Program-made: the position numbers and the translations under genes
Assembly (NCBI GenBank): GCA_023231475.1
Contig: JALJEE010000745.1
Span: forward strand, 1-43,171
Reading direction: 5' to 3'
Source of the DNA: Seison nebaliae
Taxonomy: Eukaryota
DNA length: 43,171 nt
Shown: piece after piece, positions 25,632 to 35,484 of the stretch
Numbering within the stretch: position 1 is the first letter of the stretch
How the letters are laid out: each line of letters starts with the position of its first letter
Notes under the pieces: generated by a model
Told to the model about the DNA's origin: nothing
The model's database searches: none
What the model saw: only the letters and a program-made list of their open reading frames with translations

Positions 25632-26357
25632 TCATGTTCGAAATTTGATCTTTTCAAAGTACTTGCAGGGAAGATAACCTTCTCTATTTCCCGGTGTTAA
25701 TATGGCACCATTATCTGCCAAATAGAACTTATATCCATCTGGAAAGACTTGTGAATTTATACGAAAATGAAAATCTCGTAACCGTTCATGGCACTCGCGA
25801 CATCGATGAAGATGAAAGTGTCACATTTACGAGGTACAGCTGAAGGTTTATTTTCGTAAGTCATATGGATATGGTTCCTTCTCATCTTGTGCAAACCATT
25901 TCTAAACAATAAATTTTATTTATTTCCATAATTTTTATTTTTTAACTTTTGAATAGAATCGAGAAATGATTTGTAAGTTCCGTGATGAATGTTAATGAAT
26001 CGATGAAGATCTTCAAGATGTAATTCTTTGAAATTAATGTCTATTTCCTTCATGGAATGACCTTGATTCGCTCGAATTAATTCTTCTCCATTAGTTCCCC
26101 TAATCATTTTATATCGTTGCTTTGGTGACGTTTCAACCATCGTCTTCAATTCATCATAGCTTATTCGATGTTTTCGAATTTGAGGATGATTCAGCACATC
26201 TTTCACACTAAAATATCCATCTTTTATTCCGAAATATTTAATGATGGAAATTGAAGAAATTGAAGAAGAAACCTCCATAACTTCGAAGTTTCTCTTCAAT
26301 AGCTCCATGACGTAAAAGCCAAGTTAATGTCATGCTACTTTTAACGTGATTATCCAT
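25632..26357 (-). CDS. TRPT1: tRNA 2'-phosphotransferase (Tpt1/KptA family); 4 exons
   Basis: LTWLLRHGA, DGYF, KQRY, IRANQGHS, HGT, GLHKMRRNHIH, FYLADNGAILTPG motifs. Three GTT introns. Confidence 0.92.
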
Positions 26358-26516
26358 TGTAAGTGTGAAATGTTTTCTAGAATATTGAAAAGAAAATTTC
26401 AAAATTCTCTATTTTTAAAGAAAGAAATAATTGGAAGAAATATTTTAATAAAAAATCGATTTGTGACTAATAAAAAAGTGAAATGTGAGATAAATGTTAA
26501 TGACGTAGAATTTCGT

Positions 26517-27790
26517 TCAACTATTCCGTAATTTAAACGCGGGTCCTGTAAAAGCTGAAAAATCTTTCTAGAAAATTTCAAACAAAATTTTCATTTTCAA
26601 ATAATAGAAAAGTAATTTAACATTCGTATTCAATTCGCTCTCATTTACCGGTCGTTCATGAATAAATCTTATATTTCCTAAAGGATAATCATAATTTGGA
26701 ATTCCACTAAATAATCGAATATCAAAAATGAAGAAAAGAGAGGACAGAAGAAAAAACCGTTTAACAGAATGATTTATTATCTGATCTCTTTCTTCTTCTT
26801 TCTCCATATCAACTTTCTTCACTTTTTTCGGTTTCCCATCTAATCGGGTTCCTGTTCCTGCGAACGTCGACTGATATGAAGAAAAATTAAATAATTTGAA
26901 TTGAATTAAATAATTTTAATTTGAATGAAACCTGATTTTTTCCATGAATGGCCATATTGATATCATCATCTTTCGGTTTTATATTGAAATATTTATTCTT
27001 CTGAGTATTGGGACTCTCGACGAGAAACTTATTGTGAATATCGACACTAATATCAGTTTCTACAATCGATATCGCTCGTTGTGGTTTACATTCAACTACT
27101 TTCATGAAATAAATCTTTCGAAAATTATGAGAAGAAATTGAGAAGAAAATAATGAATAACTTTCCCATTATATTCCATTGCTATTCGATCGTCTTGAGTG
27201 AGACAAGCTTGTGCTCGTAATTTCATTTCTAATCTATTTGAATTGACATTGATTTGAATTGAGAAATAAAGTAGAAAATGAACACAGCAAAATAATCATG
27301 AATTTCAAAAAAATCTGGAGTTTCCGGTTCGAATCTGACAAAAGTGCCTTGTGGTAGACTGATGTAACTGACATTAATTCCATTTAACATCACTCCCAAA
27401 TTATTCAATATCCAATCCGGAACGACAACTGTTCCTTCTTCTGCTGTGAATTCGAATACTCCACAATGGGTGACTAATTTTGTGTCGATCGCTTCTAATT
27501 TGAAGAGCATCGGATATTGAACACTCATTCTAGTTAAACGATCGAGAATACTAGCAGGTAAATTAACTGGGAGAAATGAAGATAATTAATAGTAATGTCT
27601 AATGATCAACCTTTCCCTCCGAATTTCATTTGTTCATTCCTACCGATCGCCGTCATCGATACCGGTTTCAAACCGATAAATACCGGAGGCATTGCCATTG
27701 AATTGAAATCTTGAAATATTTGGTGCTAAGCAAATAACAAATGAGAAATGTGAAATGTTAAAAAATCATGTTTGAAAGTTAAACCATCAT
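26517..27790 (-). CDS. UFD1: Ubiquitin recognition factor in ER-associated degradation 1; about 8 exons
   Basis: GGKVNLPASILDRL, YPMLFKL, THCGVFEFTAEEG, AVLEMKLR, AISIVETD, FAGTGTRLDGK, GIPNYDY and C-terminal FSAFTGPAFKLR. Seven GTT introns; the first exon (ATGATG at 27790) is inferred, with an alternative start at 27698. Confidence 0.88.
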
Positions 27791-27938
27791 GATGGAAATG
27801 TGTTTTTATATGAATGGATCGTGTAAAATATATATGAGAGAAACAAGTGGCGTAATTGATGGTTTGAGCTTCGTTCTTCAATATCCACTTCATTTATATA
27901 TTCAAAAATTTTTTAAAAATTTACACTAGATTTAACAC

Positions 27939-27952
27939 TTCTCCATAGCAAC
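27939..27952 (+). promoter_or_regulatory. Candidate X-box (RFX binding site) upstream of IFT52
   Basis: TTCTCCATAGCAAC matches the X-box consensus RTHNYYWTRRNRAC at 13 of 14 positions, about 65 nt upstream of a ciliary IFT-B gene. Confidence 0.6.
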
Positions 27953-28016
27953 GTCAATTCATCAACAATTTTATTCTTTTGGTATTTTTTTCCTCTGCTA
28001 ATCATTCCACCGGAAT

Positions 28017-29622
28017 ATGCCACCACAACAAGTTCTTCATTTTTAAATTAAATCATTTCAATTATTATTCAATAGAATATGATGGATGTCAGTTCAAGTG
28101 ACATTCGTATTCTAATCGACAACACGAAGAAGGAACCATTACTATTTCCTGACGGCTTCAAAAAGATGGAAAAGGAATTGAAAAGATGGAATGTTTCAAC
28201 GTTCGTTCTTTATATTTCTTCATCATTTATTCTCCCCATAAATCTATTTCAGTCATGAGAAAGGTATAACAACAGAAATTTTGAAAAAGTATCAAATATT
28301 TGTTGCACTTAATCCGAGAGAGAAGTTCACCGAAACCGAATTCCATGCTTTGGAAAAATTCATTGAGGAGGGTCACTCCGTCTTCCTAACACTCCACGAA
28401 GGAGGAGACAATAAATATGATACGAATTTGAATTATTTTCTAGAGAAATTTGGAATTTCTTGGAATAATGGTTTTTTTCCGTTTTTATCATTCTATCTTA
28501 ATCGAGTCTTTATTAGATGCTGTTGTTCGAACATCTTATTACAAATATTTTCATCCAAAAGAAGCATTGATACCGAATGGTATTGTCAATCGTAAGATAG
28601 GAGAATATTTAGGGAAGATTGCAATAAATGATGATTTCGGAGGTGGTGGCGATGATGATGATTATAATAAAAATAACGAGTTAAATTCATTTAAAAACTT
28701 AATTTTAGTAATTAAATAATTATTTTACTAATTAATTATAGATCAGTTCGATTTGTTTATCCTTATGGGTCGACATTAGTATGTCAGAATCCTGCAGCAA
28801 CAATCCTTTCTTCAGGCAGTGTATGTTATCCATTATCACAACCGATATGTGCAGTACATGGATATGATGATAAATCGTCAGGTAAATTAGTTGTACTGGG
28901 ATCGACGAAGATGTTATCCGATCAATATATCGATAAAGAAGAAAATAAAAAAATTTTGGATTTTATTATCAATTTCCTTCTGGGTAAAATTGATTTGAAC
29001 GAAATGGATGCGAATGATCCAAATGTTAATATCGATCAATTATTTTCCAATAATATTCCATTAATCAGATTGGAGAATATGTGTACATTCCAGATATTGC
29101 ATATCTATCGGAAACTGTCAAAACATGTCTACAGGATACTGATCAGATTCCTCGAGATTTCACGAAATTATTCGATCATAAATTATTCACTCTCAATACA
29201 TCATTAGTTCGTTTCATTCTCATTCTCTTCTCCTTCAATTCCCTCCGCAGGTACCGACAGTTATCGAATGTTACAAAGATTTGCATGTGGAACATACTCC
29301 GTTGACTCTTATACCACCAGAATTTGAAACTCCTCAAATGGATTTACAATTGGCAACTTTCCCGCCGCAATTCCGAGATTTGCCAGGCCCATCACTTGAC
29401 TTATTCGATTTAGACGAACAATTCTCGAGTGAGAAGACGAGACTGGCTGTCTTGACGAACAGATCGAAGAAAGAAAAGAGTCTTGAACATTTCATAAGAG
29501 AAGCGGGTGAGATGATGGGAATTATGCCTCAACTACCCGAACATTCCCGTACAGCTAAACATGTTTTGGCCTATATATTTCGAGAAATTGCAGAATTTAA
29601 GAAAAGTGAAGTTTTCGGATAA
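28017..29622 (+). CDS. IFT52: Intraflagellar transport protein 52 (IFT-B; OSM-6 orthologue); 7 exons
   Basis: PREKFTETEF, TNLNYFLEKFGI, DAVVRTSYYKYFHPKEAL, FVYPYGSTL, DQYIDKEEN, IPRDFTKLFD, LTLIPPEFETP, LDLFDLDEQFSSEK, IAEFKK. Six GTT introns. Confidence 0.95.
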
Positions 29623-29794
29623 TTTGGCATTTCTTTTATTATTTTTCATCTATACAATTTCAAAATAGAATAATTTTATTTTAAATTAACTTAAACTCAA
29701 ATAATCATCAATTGATTATCAAAATTAATTCAAATAATGAATTAAAATAAAAATAGTAAATTATCATAATTCAGTAGGAATGGCCATTTTCTCC

Positions 29795-31330
29795 TTATTG
29801 TCGATTATTAATTTTTTTCATTACACATGAGTCACTTACTTTGTTCCATCCAGTTGAAGGATAATAAGTAAATCCAGACACGTTCCGTTTCCGACTCACA
29901 CATTGACGGCTATTTTCATTCCTATATATAATAAATTTTCAATCAATTTTCTATGAGAAAAAAACTAACGAGACATTAGATGGTTTTTCGTCATAAATTC
30001 CATTGGGAATATGTATCACGTCATTGGTGCTCACTGATTGGACGAGACTACAAGAAATGGAATAAGAAAAATATTTTCAATAAAACTGAACTTTCCGACA
30101 ATTGTCTGTTCGGGAATGTGCGAAATATCAGTATTTTCAACATTCTTCACCAAATTGACATACTCCTTATAATTCTTATCATGACTAATCCCCTGATTCA
30201 TAACGGTACGCGCATTTATTTCACGATATCTCTCTGCAATTTTTCGACAATCCTTTCCCACATCTTCACTGACAATTCTTCTCATTTTACATTCCTTATC
30301 GATCGAATTGAAGATATCGAAATCGACACTCTCAAAACTAGTATCATCCGTTGGCAATTCAGATTGCCCACAAGAATCTCCTAATTTACATGTCTGTTCA
30401 AGACGTTCATTTATACTCTGGTCTTTATAATTCCGTCTGACAGATAAAGCACATAAGTTCAGATATAGAAAATAAAGAAAACTTCAATTTTTCAGTGACT
30501 TTTGCTTGTGCTAAAAAAACTGGTTGACTTCCATACTGGTTGTTTAAGATACCTAATACATTCGAATTATTTCGAATTGGTATTATATTTATCTTATTTT
30601 TGGGATAAATATTCTTCGTTCGCAATTTATTTGATTCAAAATTTTTCATAAGAATATCAATTTCATCCTTTATGTCGTCACTAAAAAGTATTGCAAGTTA
30701 TTAATATTCTATCTTCAAAATATAACCTCCTAATTATTGATAAGTATTTATTTATCCCGAATGCTATAATAAAATAAGCACCACGTTGAAGTAGTTTGCA
30801 AATCTTTGGTGAATATATTGCCCGTTTATGATTTAGTTCTAACAGAACACGATTCTCCAATCGTAATAAATTTTCGAACGATTTTACGTTATGAATTCCA
30901 TCGGTCAATATTTTATTGAAATTCGGTAGACATCTCACAAGATCTTCATTGGTTCTTATATCGGCGAACAAAATCAATTGAGATCGGAGTGTAACGAGAT
31001 TTTTTAATAAAATTGATCGAATCATCGATAAAGGTTTCCAGTAAATTAAATTTGAAATTCGACTGAAATAAAAGTGGATGTTTAAGAGAAAACGGTGACG
31101 TTGCACTATATTTATAAAAACATCAATAAATACGTTTAATACAACGTGTATACGTGTAAGTATACGTGTACTTACAATAGCTCGTCATCATTAGATATAT
31201 TCCAGTAATCTTTTAACTATGAGTCATCCTTACGGATTTGTTTTTGCATGAAATGGAGAGAAATCATCGTCATCTTTAATAAAATGTCATTAAGACTGAC
31301 ATGTGAAATGGATTTCAATTTCTCCGACAT
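29795..31330 (-). CDS. Uncharacterised protein, about 6 exons
   Basis: Five GTT..AG introns (including 31063-31217) join ORFs 30681-31106, 30425-30649 and 30031-30357 into one frame from ATG 31330 to TAA 29795. No family recognised. Confidence 0.55.
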
Positions 31331-31514
31331 ACATACATACATCGAATCTATCTATTACTTCTCTTCTCATTCATTTCGTTTCTAGACGTTTAATTCTTTA
31401 CAAATTTTATTTTCAAATTATTTTAAATATTGGAAATATTGACTAATTAGAATATAAGATGTAATCAATAAATTAGTAGATCTTTCAGAATTATGAATGA
31501 TTAAATTTTATAGT

Positions 31515-32039
31515 TAGAGCTGTCCAAATGAACATGAACAGAATGTACATTTTTCGAACGAAAATTGTGGACTCATGCGGTTCAAAGATGCGGTTCTTGA
31601 AAAGTGTTCACATCAGTTGTTTGAACAAAGTTTGAACAATTATTTAATTAATTAATAATTTAATAATAGTAGTTACTAATAATTAATGTAATAACTAAGA
31701 AGTCCAGATTTCCGCACTGGAAAAATCTAAAAATATAACAAATATATTTCGTTAATACTTTTATTATTAATTACATAAATATTTAGTTATTTGTTATATT
31801 ATTATATGTTTCCAGTGCGGAAATCTGAACTTTTTAATTATTACATTAATTATTAGTCACTACTATTATTAAATTATTAATTGTTCAAATTTTTTTCAAA
31901 CAACTGATATGAACACTTTTCAAGAACCTCATCTTTGAACAATGTATAGGAGTTTCATGAAATATGTTTTTTATAAATCCTGACTCCACAATTTTCGTTC
32001 GAAATATGTATTCTGTTCATGTTCATTTGGACACCTCTA
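31515..32039. mobile_element. Foldback/MITE-like non-autonomous DNA transposon with long inverted arms (Mutator-like TSD)
   Basis: Left TAGAGCTGTCCAAATGAACATGAACAGAAT... is the reverse complement of right ...ATTCTGTTCATGTTCATTTGGACACCTCTA. The arms pair for about 230 nt (e.g. CAGATTTCCGCACTGGAAA / TTTCCAGTGCGGAAATCTG). Flanks TTTTATAGT (31506-31514) and TTTAATAGT (32040-32048) form a 9-bp direct repeat with 1 mismatch. Confidence 0.85.
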
Positions 32040-32282
32040 TTTAATAGTTCTAACAAGGGAAGTATCCGATATGCAGGAAACGAAATTAAAATTAAAAATA
32101 AAAATAGGATATGTAAAAAATAATGCTTATTAGGATAGCATTTTTATTTTCTGCCATTTGTTTCTATTAGTGCCTAAAATGGTGCAAAGTTCGTGTAGTT
32201 ACTATAAATACAGTAATGGCGGTATATAGCATTTTTATGTAAAATTAATTAATGTTTTTTTAAATTTTTTTACGATTTTATA

Positions 32283-32456
32283 CGACGAATTCACCGAAAT
32301 ACGACTAAATGGGTGACAAATTCACAGTTTAGCAAAAATACGCAAAATTTAACATTAAATTTTTTTCTTGGGTGACGAAATCACCGAAATACTCTAAAAG
32401 GGGTGACGAAACCACCGATTTTCGCTTAAAAATTATAGGGTGACGAAATCACAGGG
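32283..32456 (+). repeat. Array of about 5 degenerate GGGTGACGAAATCAC(C/A)G units
   Basis: Copies near 32283, 32311, 32370, 32401 and 32438. The core GGTGA-CGAAA-TCACC is a mini-palindrome. Confidence 0.7.
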
Positions 32457-32898
32457 AATAACTCTAAATTCTTTCCTTGTAAATAAGTTCTTAATATCAG
32501 TTTATCGTATTAAGAGAACTGAAAACAGTTGTTGTCATCAAATTAATAAAAATCGCAAATATAATCAATATCCACTATTATTATTATTATTATGTGAATG
32601 AATGTTTTATAGAAATATTCCAATTCACCAGAAGCACAAATGAGTGATTGGAAATGTTTGAATGGAATTTATCTATTTGAATTTAAAGGAATTAAAATAA
32701 TACAGAAAGAAGCTTTGTCTTTACAAATGAAAGAAATATGAAAAATTCTTTTATGTTTCTTTGAGCGACGAAGAAACGTTGAATTATTAGTGCAGATGTT
32801 GTTGCTTACTTGATTTGTTAATAGCGAAGTGTTGCTTAGTAAAACGAAATAATAGTTGGTTTCTAAAGATTGTTATCCGATAAGAAAACAAGAAGAAT

Positions 32899-33248
32899 AT
32901 GGTTCCTATTATGATTATCTTCTCTAAATTCACTAATTTTCCGTTTCTCAGAGTGAAGTGGAGGATTCATTGAAACGTATATCATCACACCGAGGCGTCA
33001 TTGGCGTGGTTATTGCTAATAGTGAAGGTGTGCCCATTAGAACAACATTGGACAACTCAAGTGCAGTGCAACATGCGGCGTTATTACAACGATTAACATC
33101 GAAAGCACGAAGTGCTATTCGTGAATTAGATCCACAGAATGATTTGTGTTTTATTCGACTCCGTTCAAAGAAACATGAAATAGTCATCGCACCCGATAAA
33201 GATTATATGCTCATCGTTCTCCAAACACCAATTTCACAAGAAACTTAA
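32899..33248 (+). CDS. DYNLRB: Dynein light chain roadblock type; 2 exons
   Basis: ATG|intron 32902-32951 (GTTCCT..CAG)|[18 protein letters not shown]...[32 protein letters not shown]. Confidence 0.95.
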
Positions 33249-33542
33249 TCTCCAACGAACTATCGTTTAACATTTTAATTTCTCAACTTTCGAACACCAA
33301 ATTCATCGGCTAATCATTCCTTTTCGTTTCGATTTATTCATGTCGAAATTTTTTCCGTTTAAAAGAAATATATATAATAATATTCTCCGAAATTCCACAA
33401 ATTCCCAAACTATCGTTCATTTAATTTAATGTTTAAAAGAAAAAAAGTTGATGATAAAATTTCGTTTAATTTGTCATATTTAATTTGTTGGTAAAAATAT
33501 TTATGAAAATCGATTAATAACAACCATAGTTCATTCGTGCTC

Positions 33543-34115
33543 TTAACATGTTCCAATCAGGTGTTCTTTCTTTATAAATTTGTATATAAATAAATAGAGA
33601 AAAAACGAACTATTCACCACAAATGTCTTTGAGCGATAACCAGAACGATACTTCACGCAAGCGCAGATAACACCTGTACTCCAAGTAAAAGCATCCGATT
33701 TCTTGTAACTGTCGGGCGTTCGGAGTACTTTAAAAATAATCCCCCGGTCAATTTCATTTGAAACATCCATTATTAATTCCTTTTCTCCATCTAGAGTTTT
33801 ACGTACGAATATCTTATCGCCTGATCTAATGGTCTGCACATAAAATCGATCCACTACACAAGTTTGTCTGAGAAATGTGTTTAATTTGTTTGAATAAAAG
33901 GGAAGGAATGTTGAGGCATGATCTATGCAACTGGTTACATCATCACCATAATGATTGTTGTTATTACTATGGTTTTTACACAGAATTGATATTCCAAATT
34001 GTTTCTCGTAGTATTGGAAAGGAATCATTGGGTTGGAATAAAATATAGAGGATGTCATATGAATGTTTGGAAATATGGCAAACATTACAAGTTGTAGGAT
34101 ACTTTTAAGGAACAT
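33543..34115 (-). CDS. Uncharacterised secreted protein
   Basis: Signal-like N-terminus, several Cys, and a TATAAATA about 55 nt upstream. A probable GTTCGT intron near the 3' end (from about 33610) makes the true stop uncertain (33543 or about 33514). Confidence 0.55.
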   Translation of the reverse strand: MFLKSILQLVMFAIFPNIHMTSSIFYSNPMIPFQYYEKQFGISILCKNHSNNNNHYGDDVTSCIDHASTFLPFYSNKLNTFLRQTCVVDRFYVQTIRSGDKIFVRKTLDGEKELIMDVSNEIDRGIIFKVLRTPDSYKKSDAFTWSTGVICACVKYRSGYRSKTFVVNSSFFLYLFIYKFIKKEHLIGTC

Positions 34116-34610
34116 TGATGGATGGAAATTGGGAGAATTAAATTCCTCTCGAATAATGAGTACCTATTTATATGAATGTTGTAAAAGTAAAGATTTAAAT
34201 TAGATTATTCATCTTATGAATAATTTTGTTTTCTTTAATTAATTGAACAAATTTATTTATTTCTAAATTTTCAGATTGTCAAATATGATAAAGAACTAAT
34301 TACAGATAAGTAATGTATTAGTTTAAGTTTCGCAGTTTATTCAATGTCGAATATAGTTCAAATAGAAATAAATTTTATCCAAACAATTATATATATTATT
34401 CTTATACATAATCATCTTATACAATTCAGACTAAATTGTTTATGGCATGATGGAATAAGTGGGAGAAATATGTTGTGTGGAAATCGGAAGAATTTCTTGA
34501 CGTCAACAGAAACATCTCGTTGCACAAATGTACTTATGATGAGTAGAATAGATGATAAATAAAAATTTATTTTTGAACAAACAACAACAATGACGTTAAA
34601 CAAAGTTTAT

Positions 34611-35324
34611 TTAATAAATTACATGACAAATAGGTTTGACAACTCTAAATTTATTCTTCAATCCTAAACCGTTAGATGAAGTACAACATTCTACTGGAAG
34701 TGTATGAAATAAAGATCTTGTCGTTACAATTGAATCGAGACGATTCGGTTCATTATTAATTGCAACTTCTTCGCAAATTATGTCATGATCGGGTGCTAAT
34801 GCTTGCATTGGATAGTGATATGATTCACGATTACATAAGCAATATTCTCGATCCCATTCTATCTTTTCATGACAATTATCATAATGAGCAATATCTCGTC
34901 GTTCACAAACCATCGGATATTTTTGAAGATCATCCAAATAATCTTTGTATGAATAACAACGAGCTACTTGACTGCAATGACAGCCCATTATATTATTTTT
35001 TCGTTCATTCAATCGTTTCATTAAATCGTAATATTCGTCATGACGAGGTAATTTTTTAGATTGACGAGAATTACAATAAATTAAAGCCGTCATATCAGTA
35101 TTCATCTTACTTTGGGGACAATTCGTATAATCCTTAACAATCTTATCCATCGGAGTAGACATCGGATATTTATTTCGTGGTATCACACTCTTCCGACTAA
35201 TCAATTTCATGATGGATTGATGTTTCACAGAATTATGATCTCGTGTATATGGTTTCAATATTTCATACTCCTCCACTGTCGGACTTTTATCACATTCACA
35301 AGGAATCTTTTTACATTGATACAT
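34611..35324 (-). CDS. Uncharacterised Cys-rich protein, 237 aa
   Basis: Long single-exon ORF with ATG; no recognised domain. Confidence 0.6.
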   Translation of the reverse strand: MYQCKKIPCECDKSPTVEEYEILKPYTRDHNSVKHQSIMKLISRKSVIPRNKYPMSTPMDKIVKDYTNCPQSKMNTDMTALIYCNSRQSKKLPRHDEYYDLMKRLNERKNNIMGCHCSQVARCYSYKDYLDDLQKYPMVCERRDIAHYDNCHEKIEWDREYCLCNRESYHYPMQALAPDHDIICEEVAINNEPNRLDSIVTTRSLFHTLPVECCTSSNGLGLKNKFRVVKPICHVIY

Positions 35325-35484
35325 AATGACAACTAATAAAAGAAAGAGAAAAAACAGAACAAAAATCTGAAAATTTTAAAAACTTTCACTTTCATTTATT
35401 ATGTTTTTTAAAGAATTAGAAGAAGATTAGAAAAAGATTAGAAAAAGTTTAAAGAATCCAAAAGAATTATCAGATATATTCCAT

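Noticed and set aside
32283..32456. CRISPR-like repeat/spacer appearance
   Set aside because: Eukaryotic context, repeats only ~16 nt and degenerate, irregular and partly repeated spacers, no cas genes.
32831..32845. GTTGCTTAGTAAAAC as an X-box for DYNLRB
   Set aside because: Only a half-site matches well and the spacing is off.
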